NCBI RefSeq assembly: GCF_004010195.1
Contig: NC_057718.1
Coordinates: 51,107,941 to 51,171,940 of the forward strand
Origin: Chiloscyllium plagiosum
Taxonomy: Eukaryota
Length of the DNA stretch: 64,000 nucleotides
Reading direction: 5' to 3'
Below are positions 39,285-51,671 of the stretch, one piece after another. The translations under genes were made by a program, and so were the position numbers. Each line of letters begins with the position of its first letter. The stretch's first letter is position 1. The notes beneath the pieces are model-generated. The model ran no database searches and was not told where the DNA came from. It was given only the letters and a program-made list of their open reading frames with translations.

Positions 39285-39924
39285 TAGGATCTCTACAGTG
39301 CGGAAACAAGCCATTTAGCCCAACAAGTCCACACCAACCTTCCGAAGAGTAACCCACCCAGACCCATTCCCCTATCAATTCGTCTGACTAATGCATCTAA
39401 CCTACACATCCCTGAACAACATGGACAATTTAGCATGGCCAATTCACCTAATCGGCACATCTTTAGATTTTGGGAGGACACTGGAGCACTTGGAGGAAAC
39501 CCATACAGACACAAGGGCAGCACAGTGGTTAGCACTGCTGCCTCACAGCGCCAGAGACCTGGGTTCAATTCGTGACTCAGGCAATTGTCTGTGTGGAGTT
39601 TGTACATTCGCCCCGTGTCTGCGTGGGTTTCCTCCGGGGGCTCCAGTTTCCTCCCACAGTCCAAAAATGTGCAGGTTAGGTGAATTGGCCATGCTAAATT
39701 GCCTGTAGTTTTAGTTGTAGGGGAATGGGTCTGGGTGGGTTGCTCTTCGGAGGGTCGGTGTGGACTTGTTGGGCCGAAGGGCCTGTTTCCACACTGTAAA
39801 GTAATCTAATCTAATCTAATAACACAGGGAGAAGGTGCAAGCTCCACACAGACAGTCACCAAGGGCTTGAATCAAACCCAGGTCCCTGGTGCTTTGAGGC
39901 AGCACTGAGCCAACGTGCCACCCC
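39285..39924 (-). mobile_element. HE1/V-type SINE (outer), split by an antisense SINE
   Basis: Minus-strand tail and core at 39285-39513, continuing at 39822-39924. Confidence 0.85.
39515..39820 (+). mobile_element. HE1/V-type SINE (inner, younger)
   Basis: Complete head, core, GGGCCGAAGGGCCTGTTTCC and (AATCT)n tail; ACACA(A)GGG on both sides. Confidence 0.92.
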
Positions 39925-40615
39925 AATATAACTGTGATTTTTAAACTATTATCTTTTTGGACTCATCTTTTACTTCTAATCTGTATGCATGTGTGTTGCA
40001 TTACTATTTCCTTTCACCCTTTGTAATTTAGAAACTCACTCATTTTCCAAATTCAAGAAAGCCACTGTAAATTGGCTCCTCTTAAAGCAGAAATGTGTTT
40101 GGGTCTCAGTGATGGGCATTCACAAGGAAAGGGATCTTTGTGAAATTAATCTTGCCGCGACCATCCAAGGGGGCAAGTGAAGAATCAAGGGAAGCTGGTT
40201 CACTCTTCTTAAGTTAAATGTTTGAAAGATCTTGTCTTGCTCTGAATCAAATTGAGGAATATTGCTTCAGGATTGATTGTAGTTTGATGTTGGCCTATAT
40301 CAGTAGAAAAATATCTAACAGAGTTGATGACAATTGAGAGGTACAAAGAAGCCGGACAATTAGGCACTTAATCCTTAAAGTAAAAGAAAAATCATTCACA
40401 TTGATGTTTCTATTTGAGTGTCCTCTTAATACGTTTTTTCTCATGGTTTACATAAAAACCTTTTCAATAGCTAAGTCTCCGTAAATAAAAGCATAAAGAG
40501 TCTGGAAGATAGAGTGTCTGGGTGAACAATAAAAACTCTGTTCTCCAAATGATTTTACTGCAAAGACTACATGTTTTTGCAACCAAAGAGCCAAAAAAAC
40601 ATTTTGTTCGATCAA

Positions 40616-42790
40616 AACCGAAAGAACTGAGGATGCTGTAAATCAGAAACAAAAACAGAAGTTGCTGGAAAATCTCAGCAGGTCAAGCAGCATCTGGGAA
40701 AAGAACTCAAAGTTAATATTTCGGGTCCAGTGACGCGTCCTCAGAACTGATGGTAGCTAGGAAAATGTCAGTTTATATACAGAAGGCGGAGAGGGTATGT
40801 AGCAAATGATGGAGGGATGGAGCCCAGAAGAGGGAGAAGAGCAGTTGGACAGACAAAGGAGTCGATAACAATCTGGCTGGGAGGGTGAATAGCTGTTAAT
40901 GGGGACAGTTGGTGGCAAACAATAGGTAGTTTGTAATAGTAGACAATTTGATAATAAGGCCTGGCGTGTGTGGTAGGGGGCTAGGGCATGGGGAGTTCAG
41001 GCCCTAAAACAATTGAAATAAATATTGAGTCCGGAGGGCTGCATAGTCCCAAGTGGAAAATGAGGTATTATTCTTCCAGCTTGCGCTGAACTTCGCTAGA
41101 GCACTGCAGCAAGCCTGAGACAGCAATGTTGACCAGGGATCAGGGCAGTATGTTCAAATGGCAGACAACTAGAAGCTCAGGGTCTTTTTTTACAGGCAGA
41201 ATGTAGATGTTCTCCAAAGTGGTTCATCAGTCTACCCTTCGTTTCCCTGATGTACAGGGGACCTCATGGTGAGTAGTGAATGCACTAGACTAGATTGTGT
41301 GTCGAGCAGGAAGAGTGCTGCTTCACTTGGGAGGTATGTTTGGGCCCTTAGATACTGAGGAGGGAGGAGGTAAGTGGGCAGGCGCTACACCTTCGGCATT
41401 TGCAGGGCAAGGTGCCATGGGACTGTGGGGGTGTTATTGGGAGTGAAGGAAGAGTAGACCAGCGTGTCCCAGAGGGAACGGTCCCTAGGGAAGGCGAACA
41501 AGGGAGGTGAGGGGAGAATTTGTTTGGTGGTGGTATCTCGCTGGAGGTGGCAAAAATGGCAGTTGATGATCTTCTGGATGTGGATGCTGGTGGGACGATA
41601 GGTAAGGACAGGGGGAACCCTTTCGGTGTTGTGGGAAGGAGGAGAGGGGTTGAAGGCAGAAGGTTGAGGGAGATGCATCAGACTTGGTTGAGGGCCCTGT
41701 CGACCACAGTGCTAGGGATTCCTCAGTTGAAGAAGAGGGTGGACATTTCGGAGGGTCCCTTATCAAAGTTAGTCTCAATGGAACATGTGCAATGGAGACG
41801 GAGGAACTGAGAGAATGGAATGGAGTCTTCACAGGAAATGGTGCAAAGTTGCATAGTCCAGGTAGCTGTGAAAGCTGGTGGTTTTATATCAGAGAAAGAG
41901 TTATGGGTGGATACTGGAATAGGACTGAAACATGAAATGTTCCACGTACCCCACAAAGAGACAGGCATAACTGGAGCCCATGCGAGTATCCATGGCCACC
42001 TCTCTGACCTGAAGAAAATGAGAGGAGTTAAAAGAGAAGTTGTTGAGGGTGAGAATGAGCTCTGCCAAGCGGAGGAGGGTGTTACTGGGTGGAGACAGAG
42101 CAGGCCTTTGTTCCAGGAAGACACGGAGTGCCCTGAGACCATCCTGGTGGGGGAATGGACATGTAAAGGGATTGCACGTCCATGGCAAAGAGGAGGCAGC
42201 TGAAGCATGCACACTGGAAATTCCGAAACTGGTGTAAAGTGTCAGAGGAATCTCAGATGTGCGTTGGCAGGCAAAAACAACGGGTCTGCCAAGGTTGTCC
42301 TGTTTGTGGATTTTCGGAAGGAGGGAGAAACATGTTAATTGGGGCTGGGGGATTGTCAGCATGTAGGCAGTGGGCAGGAGATCCCCAGATGAAATGAGGT
42401 CACTGACTGTAGTTGATACAATGGGCCATGGTGGGGTCATGGTCCAGGGAAGTCAGGAAGAGGTTCCTGAGAGCTGGCCCCCAGCCTCTGCAATATAGAC
42501 GTCAGTCCACCAGACCACAGCAGCACCACCCTTATTAGCAGGCTTAATTACAAAATCATGGTTGGACCTAAGCACACAGAGTGCAGTCATTTTGGAGGGA
42601 GACAGATTACTGAAATTCATTAAAGTGGGGATGCTGAGGGATAAAGCGGAGACCTTTGCTGAGACCAAAATTTCAGCATCGGAGAGTCGAAGATTAGGAG
42701 GGATAGTGAATACCTGACAGGAAGTGGGGTTGGGAAAGGGGATGGAATCAGAGGCAAGGGGAGGAGAGGAAGGTTTCAGAAGGCCTGAGT
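40616..42790 (-). mobile_element. Penelope-like element (Neptune-like), degraded, left arm of a head-to-head pair
   Basis: Minus-strand PLE RT motifs KPANKGGAAVVW, LPKIHK, VAMDTRMGSSYACLFVGYVE; linker PCKCRRCSAC; pLTR with decayed HHR at 40711-40748. Confidence 0.88.
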
Positions 42791-42811
42791 TGTTGAATCT
42801 TGTGGGCCTTA

Positions 42812-44545
42812 ACGTTTTACGCCAGTTTCGGAATTCCCAGTGTTCAGGCTCCAGCTGCCTTCTCTTTACCATGGACATGCAATTCCCTTACACGTCTGTT
42901 CTCCCACCAGGATGTCTCAGGGCTCTCCACTCCTTCCTGAAGCAAAGGCCTGAACCACCTCCAACCATGACCCCCCCCCCCCCCCCCTCTGCTTGGCTGA
43001 GCTCATCCTCACCCTCACCAACTTCTCTTTTAACTCCTCTCACTTTCTTCAGGTCAGAGAGGTGGTCATGGATACTCGCATGGGCTCCAGTTATGCCTGT
43101 CTCTTTGAGATGTATGTGAAACATGCCTTATTCCAGTCCTGTTTTGGCCCCCAGCCACAAATCTTTCACTGATATATCAATGATATCATTGGTGCTGCTT
43201 CCCTCTCTCATCTGGAATTGAAAAAAGGTCATTTATTTTGTTTCCAATTTCCACCCTGCCTTCACTTTCACCTGGTCCATTTATGACTCTCCCTTCCCTT
43301 CCTCGACACCTCTGTTTCCATTTCTGGGGATAGACTGACCACTAATATCCACTATAAACCCACCTACTCCCACAGCTACCTGGACTATACATCCTTGCAC
43401 TCTGTTTCCTGTACAGACTCCATTCCATTCTTCCAATTCTCCCGTCTCCATCGCAAATGTTCCAAAAAGACTAACTTTGATAAGGGAACCTCCAAACTGT
43501 CCACCTTCTTCCTCAACTGAGGATTCCCCAGCATCATTGTCTACAGGGTCCTCAACTGGGTCCAACTCATCTCCCACACTTTTGCCCTCAACCCCTCTCA
43601 TCCCTCCCACAAAAGCAATAGGGGTCCCCTTGTCCTTACCTACCACCCCACCAGCATCCGCATCCAGAAGATCATCCACTGCCATTTCCATCCCCTCCAG
43701 CAAGATACCACCACCAGAAACACATTCCCCTACTCTCCCTTTTCCACCTTCTGCAGGGACCGTTCCTCCAATATATCCTGGTCCACTCTTCCTTTACTCC
43801 CAAAACCCGAGCCCCAAAGCTCCACATCATCTTTCCCTGCAAACGCTGAAGATACAACACTTGCCCATTTACCTCCTCCCTCCTCAATATCCAAGGGCCC
43901 AAACATACCTTCCAGGTGAAGCAGCACTTTACCTGCATGATACACAATCTAGTCTACTGCATTCGCCACAGTGGTCTCCTCTACATTGGGGAAACAAAGT
44001 ATAGAATGGGTCACCACTTTGTAGAATATCTACATTCTGCACACTGCCTTGTTCCCTGGCCAACATCTCTGTCTCAGGCTTGCTGCAGTGCTCCAGCGAA
44101 TCTCAGCGCTAGCTGGAAGAACAACACCTCATTTTCCGCTTGGGGACCTTGCAGCCCTCCAGACTCAATATCAAGGTCAGTAATTTTAGGGTCTGAACTC
44201 CCCAATGTCCCAAGTCCAACACCTTGTTGTCACATAGTCTACCATTACAGACTATCTATTGTTAGCCATTAACAGTCCCCATTAACAGCTATTCACCCTC
44301 CCAGCAAGATCGTTATTGACTCCTTTATCTGTCAAACTGTTCTTCTCTGTCTTTGGACTCTGTTCCTACCTATCGTTTATTGCTAAGCCTCTCCATCGAC
44401 TCTACCTTCTGCATATAAACTGACATTTTCCTAGCTACCATTAGTTCTGATGAAGGGTCACTGGACCTGAAACGTTAACTTTGATTTCTCTTCACAGATG
44501 TTGCCAGACCTGCTGAGCTTTACCAGCAACATCGATTTTGTTAAA
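42812..44545 (+). mobile_element. Penelope-like element (Neptune-like), degraded, right arm
   Basis: LFTMD, YIND (YIDD-like), GIY-YIG motif NLVYCIR..LLYIGET; inverted homology to 40650-42240; pLTR with HHR. Confidence 0.88.
44443..44480 (+). ncRNA. Minimal type I hammerhead ribozyme motif
   Basis: AGTT-CTGATGA-a-GGGTC-actg-GACCT-GAA-ACGT-T-AACT: 4-bp stem I, 5-bp stem II (closing G.U), ACGT palindrome, GUU cleavage triplet. Confidence 0.75.
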
Positions 44546-45269
44546 TCACATGTTTCAGACTGAAAACTAAGAGTTAAGAAATAAATTTGAATGGAATGAA
44601 ATACAGATATGAGAAGTTTTATGAAATCTGATGTCCAAATAGTGATTGAATCCATCTCAACAATAATATACAGCATACCTGATGGGAAAGTGTAGATATG
44701 TGAAAATTGTTCTGACAAGGTCATACAAAAGCCCTGTGCAGTTGGTACTCAGTAAAGAAACGTTTATACTGGAGCTAGTCATGCACCATCTTTAACAAAT
44801 ATCAGGATAGGTTAAGAAAAATGAAAAATGATGTCTTTAACAATCAACTATAATTATCAATCATACCAGGACTCAGGACTAAAATTGTAGGACAGGTTTT
44901 CATCATGTTATGTTTACATCAATCAGACAGCAACAAAATGTCACAGTTTGAATGCCTGCCCAACTCTGATAAAGGTCATATTCCAGCAAAGTCACATTAA
45001 TGAAAGGCTTCTTTTAACTCTGAAATGTGAACACCTTTTGTCTTTCTAGAAGCTGATTGACCTGCTCTGTGTTTCTTGTTTTGAACTCCAATACAGTTCT
45101 CTTGCCTCGCTCTATAACCAGGCCTCCCTCTACAACCAGGAATCCAAAATGATCAGTTCATGGCAACTCCTTCCAGCTTGGGTGAGCTTTATGTTGAGGG
45201 AAGAGGCTATATGGTCAATAGTATTTGCACCAGCTCTACGTAACAGCAATTCAGCTCGTATACATAATC

Positions 45270-45890
45270 CTTAGCCCATAATCCTGCAGGATGTTTATCT
45301 TCAGATGCTTATCCTATACCTTTTCAGAAGTCAGAAATTGAGTCTACCTCCACTACTTTATCAGGGAGTGTATTCCAGATCCTAACCATTTGCTACCTAA
45401 AAGGATGTTTTCTCATATCACTTTTGGTTCTTTAGCCAATCAGCATGTGTCCTCCCATTCTTGACCCCACTGCCAAAGGGAACATTTCCCCTCTGTCTGG
45501 ATTCTTCATAATTTTATAAAATCGCCTTACGACCTCTCTTCTGTCATGTTGAAGTCCCTTATCCTTTGAACCAGCATTGTATTACCCTTTTCTGTACCCA
45601 GACTAAAGCCTTATCATCGTTCCTGATGTATACCCCCTGAATTACACACAATATTTCAATTGAAGGTAGAACCTGTAGATTATAATGATTCAGTAATTAG
45701 GCCTCAATTTACCAGTTTAGAAGATTGCATGTGCCTTTTTAACCACTTTCACAACCTGAACACCAACTTCAACAATTTGTGCCTGTGTGCCTCCAAGTCT
45801 GCACATTTCTGCACCACCTTTGGAATTGTACCACCTAGTTTACTTTGCTGCTCCTCATTATTAAAATCAACATATAATCTCACATGCCTC
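45270..45890 (-). mobile_element. Old CR1-clade LINE 3' fragment
   Basis: Resembles the reverse complement of CR1 C-terminal sequence (tctacctccactac..ttccagatcctaacca; attacacacaatatttcaa); highly degraded. Confidence 0.55.
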
Positions 45891-46410
45891 TGAATGAATT
45901 AAAAAGAGATATGCCGAGTGTAAACACAATCCAAAAACTTATGTCCTTTTGAAGTTTTTCACTACTGTTCTTACAGTTCACAATACTTCAACATCAGAAA
46001 AAAAAATTAAATAGGCCAACTAGCTTAAAATCTTTAGTGGCAATCTTCATACCAATAGTATATGTTATGTCAGTCATCAGTTGATGCCAGCAATCAGTAA
46101 CGTATTTAGAGTCCTCACCAATGAATGAGCTATCAAAGTTATTACGTAATTATTAAAACTACAAGCCTTAAAATGATGACAGCCTTGCCTGATCTGGAGG
46201 GTCAATCAACAGATTAAGATTTCAAACAGGAGCATCAATATGAAGCCCAATTTGCAGCATTTGGATATTGACTGAATGACCAGAAAATCAAAAGTGACAT
46301 ACTCAGACAATTAATTCTTATTCCCAATTATGTACTAGTATTTTCACGAAATAAGATTCTACGTTTGGAGCAAAGCTTCACAATTCAGTCCAAGAGTATG
46401 ATTTAAATCC

Positions 46411-46544
46411 CTTCTTCCTGAAGAAGGGCTTATGCCCGAAACGTCGATTCTTCTGTTCCCTGGATGCTGCCTGACCTGCTGCGCTTTTCCAGCAACACAT
46501 TTCCAGCTCTGATCTCCAGCATCTGCAGACCTCACTTTCTCCTC
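46411..46544 (+). mobile_element. 134-bp non-coding pLTR insertion with intact-core HHR
   Basis: Exact 14-bp TSD TATGATTTAAATCC at 46397-46410 and 46545-46558; almost identical to 51545-51674. Confidence 0.92.
46415..46448 (+). ncRNA. Minimal hammerhead ribozyme motif, intact core
   Basis: tc-CTGAAGA-a-GGGC-ttat-GCCC-GAA-ACGT-C-ga; GUC triplet; stem I is short in this copy. Confidence 0.75.
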
Positions 46545-46644
46545 TATGATTTAAATCCAAAACGTTCACAGTCCATATTCTTGACCAATACAACAAAATC
46601 AGATGACTTTTTTTTCTCTTATTTGTTCCTTCTATAGATATCAC

Positions 46645-46970
46645 TGTCTGGCCAGCATTTTCTGTCCATCCCTAAATGCCCTGGAGAAGGTGAATGTGAA
46701 CTGCTTGGGATACAGTACATACATAGTGATGTTTAGAAGGGACGTCAAAGACTTAGACTACGTGAAAGTAAAGGAACGGTGATATTGTTCCAAGTTTGGA
46801 TGGTATGCGGCTTTCAGGAGAACTTGCGAGTTGTGTTGCTCCTGTACATCTACTGGCTTTGTCCTTCTAGCTTTTAGACTTCAAGGGGTTGAAAAGCCCT
46901 GTAAATGGAGACTGGGTGAGTTTGTGTGGTACATATTGTAGATGGTACATACTGATGCCACTGTTCATTG
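46645..46970 (-). mobile_element. LINE 3' fragment related to 59462-60800 and 49720-49935
   Basis: Shared blocks such as ttgtccttctag and ttgtagatggtacatactgatgccactgttcattg. Confidence 0.55.
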
Positions 46971-47352
46971 CATCTGCACAATAAAAACCATCACCCTAAA
47001 TCTGTAGATTAGTGAGGTCACAGTTAATATGCTTCCATTACATATGCATAAAACTGGAACATGGTCATTCGATCGTCACTGCCCTTCTTATTGCATTTTA
47101 GATTTCAACATATTTTAACAATTGACATTTTTCTGCAACCTTAAGTGAGCAATTTCTTTGGAAGGAATTAATTGTTGTTGTGATTTCAAGTTTTCATGGC
47201 TCCCTGTTAGTTGAGTATCATGTTGGTGATATATTTAAAATTGTTGTCCCTCCTTTTCAACCTCTTTCCATTCACCGAGCAACCTCCTCCTTATGGTGCC
47301 TTTGCAGTCTTTCCCTTTCCACCCATGACCACACATCAACAAGTAATAACAG

Positions 47353-47640
47353 ATGCACGGTGGTTCAGTGGTTAGCACTGCAGCCTCACAGCACCAGGGA
47401 CCCAGGTTCGATTCCAGCCTTGGCTGACTGTCTGTGTGGAGTTTGCACATTCTCCCTGTGTCTGCGTGGGTTTCCTCCCACAGTCCAAAAATGTGCAGGC
47501 CAGGTGAATTGGCCATGGTAAATTGTCCGTAGTGTTTGGTGTATTAGTCAGAGGGAAGTAGGTCTGTGCAGGTTACTCTTTGGAGGGTCGGTGTGGATGT
47601 ATTGGGCTGAAGGGCCTGTTTCACACTGTAGAGGATCTGA
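47353..47640 (+). mobile_element. HE1/V-type SINE
   Basis: Head, GGTTCGATTCC, core and GAAGGGCCTGTTTC tail. Confidence 0.9.
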
Positions 47641-48288
47641 TCAAACCTTTTTCCTGGACCCTGCTTGAACCAGAAGATTGTAAACCATTTGATTGGTCAG
47701 CAGGCTCTTGGAGGCAGGCTTTCCATTAGTCATAGGTGGAGGTCTCATCCTGAGCCAATTACTCTCCTGCTGAACATTTAAATGGTTTGGGATAATCTAC
47801 CAGATCAGGGCAGATCACCCAAATTTTACACCAGAGTGAAAGGATGTCAGGGAAATGTACAATTCTACCTGTGGCAACTTAAGCGGTGTTCAGGTTTCCC
47901 ATGTCACTACATTGTTAAACAGTTATAAGAAAGTGAAAGTGTTTTTTTTCTGAATGACAGAAATGAAAGGTCAATGTTGACTGGAGTATTATGGAAGGTG
48001 AAAAGTTAAATATAATGGCTGGGATTTTCATGCCAGAGTAAAAATTGCAACGGCTAGATCATTTCTGAGTCCACATTCCAGGCTTCATTAGTATCATCAG
48101 CAAAGCCTCCAACTGGACTGGGGATGAGTTCGATGTCCAATAGCATCACAGGCTCTGCTTAGAAGCTGAAATTGGCTGTGGAATACCTACTGAAAAGCAG
48201 GTGAAAGCCACGAGTGAGCTTAACGTTGCCTTACAACTTGTATCAAGTAGTAGCAGCTTCACGGTGTGTATAAACCTTCATTTACAAG

Positions 48289-48503
48289 GTTAAAAATCAC
48301 ACAACACCTGGTTATGGTCCAACAGGTTTAATTGGCAGCAAACTAGCTTTTGAAGCACTGCTCCTTCATCAGGTGATTGTGATGATGAAGGAACGGTGCT
48401 CCAAAAGCTACTGTGCTTCCAATTAAACCTGTTGGACTATAACCTGGCGTTGTGTGGTTTTTAACTTTGTACACCCCAGTCCAACACCGGCATCTCCAAA
48501 TCA
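48289..48503. mobile_element. Fold-back pLTR element, AGCT-type HHR family
   Basis: Inverted arms about 48289-48371 and 48383-48465; exact 12-bp TSD TTCATTTACAAG at 48277-48288 and 48504-48515. Confidence 0.9.
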
Positions 48504-48759
48504 TTCATTTACAAGCCACTTGACCTGCTCTCACCAAGCAATGGTAACTTTATCCCATTACCTGAGCAGCTCAGTTGAAAAAAATAGTTTCTTTTTCAAT
48601 GGTTTCATTCAGCAGACATGTTGAATTCTGGCTCCTTGCATTGCTCTCCTTTGTGTGCACTGATGTGCAATAGATTGTTCACTGTTCCGGAGGTTTAAGG
48701 ATTTCTTTCTGTTTCCCTTCAGCATATTTACAAGCTTCTCAATGAGCTTAACCTTGGAG

Positions 48760-48836
48760 ATAGAGTCACAGAGAGTCATAGAGATGTACAGCATGGAAAC
48801 AGACCCTTCAGTCCAACCCGTCCATGCTGACCAGAT
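48760..48836 (-). mobile_element. Very short CR1 3' end
   Basis: gagtcatagagatgtacagcatggaaacagacccttc, as at 36275-36310. Confidence 0.75.
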
Positions 48837-49937
48837 GTAGTTTCGAAGTGTGCTCACCCCCAGCCTTGTTTCACACAGGCATTTGGGCTCAATACAATTA
48901 ACTACACTGCCAACAGAGCGGAATTTCTTTGGGATGCTATGATTTCTTTCCAATTGCAACATCAGACATTTTTGTAAGATCATAAAGCCACTCATGGGCT
49001 GTAAAATATGAGTCTATGTTTCACTGATAAAAGGTTCCAAATTTTATTTCACTCTTTTGGTATAAAATTGCAAGTGTCATCACATTGTTGAGCAGGATAC
49101 TATTTCACTCTAATTGTTTATCTCATTCTTATCTCATCCCAATCATTACATTTTGATTTGGGCACTGATTACGTTGTCACTATCGACTCAGTTGTAGATA
49201 CACAACTTTAACACTGTACAAATATTGACTTTGGTTTCGATTTCTGTGATGTTATCTCTTCCCATTCCTCATGTCAATCTAAATCCAGACTGCCTATTCT
49301 CTTGCCTATGCAATCATGGCAAATCTTAAAACTCTGAATATCAACATACAGATGGATCAATACCATCATTTCTCCAATGAAAGAAACAACTTCTGTTTAA
49401 ACTTCCAACCAGAAAATAATTATCAGAAGCGTAAGTAGGTGGAAATAATTCTTATATCACCACATAAGATGCTGCAGCCAATTTTGTGCAATAAAATGAG
49501 ATTGAAATCAGACTGACTCAACCAGGGCAACTCCTTTCTTCCCTAGTCTAGATGGTCGAGTTGCAGAAACTTCTACCTTACATGAGAGGTCATTGATAAA
49601 TTCTAATCCTAGTGATAGATTTTTTTGATTCAGATCAATTTTTGCTTCAGTAACTACTGAAATTGAATGCCCTCTGGGAGAGCATATTGCACCATCTGTC
49701 AAGTCTAGGTCTCCTGAGATGGCTGCTTACTAGTGTCATTTCACGTACTTGCTGCCCTTGGTCTTCTAAGATTATGGGTTTGGAAGATGTTGTCGAAGAA
49801 ACCTTGTTAGCAATGTCTCTTTTAGGTGGTACACACTGCTGACATAATGCACAGTTGATCAGGACTTCTGCCTGGTTGTGGATCAGATGCCAATCAAGTG
49901 GGCTCCTTTGTACAGACAATGTTGAGCTGTTTGAATA

Positions 49938-50150
49938 AAGGCAAAATGTTGTAGGTGCTGGAAAATTGGAAACACACAGAGGTTGCTGGATAAACTCAGT
50001 GGCAGCATCTGTGAAGGGAGAAATAGAGGTAATATTGTTAGTATGATTAGCAGAAGAGTAAAACTATCCTCAAAACATCAATTCTTTCTCTCTCCTCAAA
50101 TGCTACCAGATCTGCAGAGCTTCTCTAGTAAATCTGTGCTTATTTCAGGT
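49938..50150. mobile_element. Old degenerate fold-back pLTR element
   Basis: ttgctggataaactcagtggcagcatctg mirrored by aaatgctaccagatctgcagagcttctctagtaa; decayed cagaagagta..ctcaaaacatc core. Confidence 0.5.
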
Positions 50151-51496
50151 CTTCACCTCTTATTTTGATATGGAAAGGAATCATGATAAAGCAACTGAAA
50201 ATACTTATGCTTCAGACATTTGTCTGAATAACTCTTCCTATTTTCTTCAAAGATCTCTGTAACATTGGGTGCACTGTCTCAGCAGGTCTCATGACGCTAA
50301 CGGACATCTCCTCCTTCGGACTCAAAAGGTATAGTAGCCCTTGTCCCTCGATGGCTTGGCTTTATTCCATTCCTTGATAAGTTACGTTGTCCTTTGAGAA
50401 GGAGAAGAAAGGAAGTCCTTGTACAGCATTGTGTTTGGGTACTCCAACTGTCAGAGCTCCTGGAGTTATCTAGAGACATTAAGATGTTCACATGACACTG
50501 AAAACATTGTCAGTTGTGTGAAGGCAAGATGGAGTCTCTGGATGTTTGATGAGTGGCCTGAGTAGCTTCTGATGGGAGTTGTGAGTGCATGTTGTATACA
50601 TGTGATTGCAGAACCATGTGTTTTTGTTATAGATTTTTATTCTTTAACTTTATTGTTGGAGTAATAGCATTCGTTGACCATCCTTGTATCTGAGAAAGTA
50701 TGCAAAGCAATTTTTAGCCCAATACTTTGTGTCATTATTCCAGGAGATCAACACAATTACTCCAGACAAAATTCAGTTTATTATAATAGTCTAGTATCTT
50801 CTGCTTAGCTATTTTTTAAATGGAAAGTTGATATTTTTATGTATTCACTTAACATTACATTTTATTTTCCAAGGAGACCCAATTGTATTGGAAGCATCAG
50901 TTGAATTAAGGAATTCTGTAATTTGGTGATAAATGTGAGCTGTAAATCTTTCAACAAATATTATATATAGAAGAAGAAATTGATGCATTTTGCCCTCTTC
51001 ATTGATGAGATTTGGAAATAAAATTCAAACTCAAATTATCTTCCTCATTTATTCTTTACTTCTACAGAAGAAAGTTACAGATAAAGAAAGCATCTCTGGT
51101 TTAATTCTGACAATGCGGAAAATGTTTGCAACATGTCCTTTCCATTGCACTTAAACATACCTTTTTGTTATATGTACTTTAATGAGCCTTTCTAGCTGTA
51201 GCTGCAAGGCAGTTACACTGTGCTTCTAATCATTGCACAGCCACCCACTTCAGGTCACCTAGAGTTGTTTCTGTCATCCAAAGGCTTTTTCAGCAGCCAC
51301 TATCTATGATGACTCCCACTGAAAACCAACTTTGCCATGCCACTGTTCCATCTATATTCAGAACATTTGACAAAATCTTTTGCTTTCAACCTGATTTGCA
51401 CAAGTTGTCATTCCAGAAATGGGCTTTAGGCTGTTGAACTTGTTTCTGCTCTTTTCTCTTTGTGTTATTGTGACAGCTTTGTCTCTTATTGAGATA

Positions 51497-51671
51497 CAAA
51501 GAACAGGAAAATCGACGTTTCAGGCATAAGCCCTTCTTCAGGAATTCCTGAAGAAGGGCTTATGCCCGAAACGTCGATTCTCCTGTTCCCTGGATGCTGC
51601 CTGACCTGCTGCACTTTTCCAGCAACACATTTTCAGCTCTGATCTCCAGCATCTGCAGACCTCACTTTCTC
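51497..51671. mobile_element. Young fold-back pLTR element carrying an HHR on each strand
   Basis: 88-bp near-perfect palindrome 51501-51588 centred on GAATTC; exact 14-bp TSD CTCTTATTGAGATA at 51483-51496 and 51672-51685. Confidence 0.93.
51545..51578 (+). ncRNA. Minimal hammerhead ribozyme motif, intact core (mirror copy on the minus strand at 51511-51544)
   Basis: CTGAAGA 51548-51554, GGGC-ttat-GCCC, GAAACGTC 51568-51575. Confidence 0.75.

Noticed and set aside
39515..39575. tRNA gene (also at 28776, 47353, 58084, 38105)
   Set aside because: A/B-box heads continue into SINE bodies; no complete cloverleaf.
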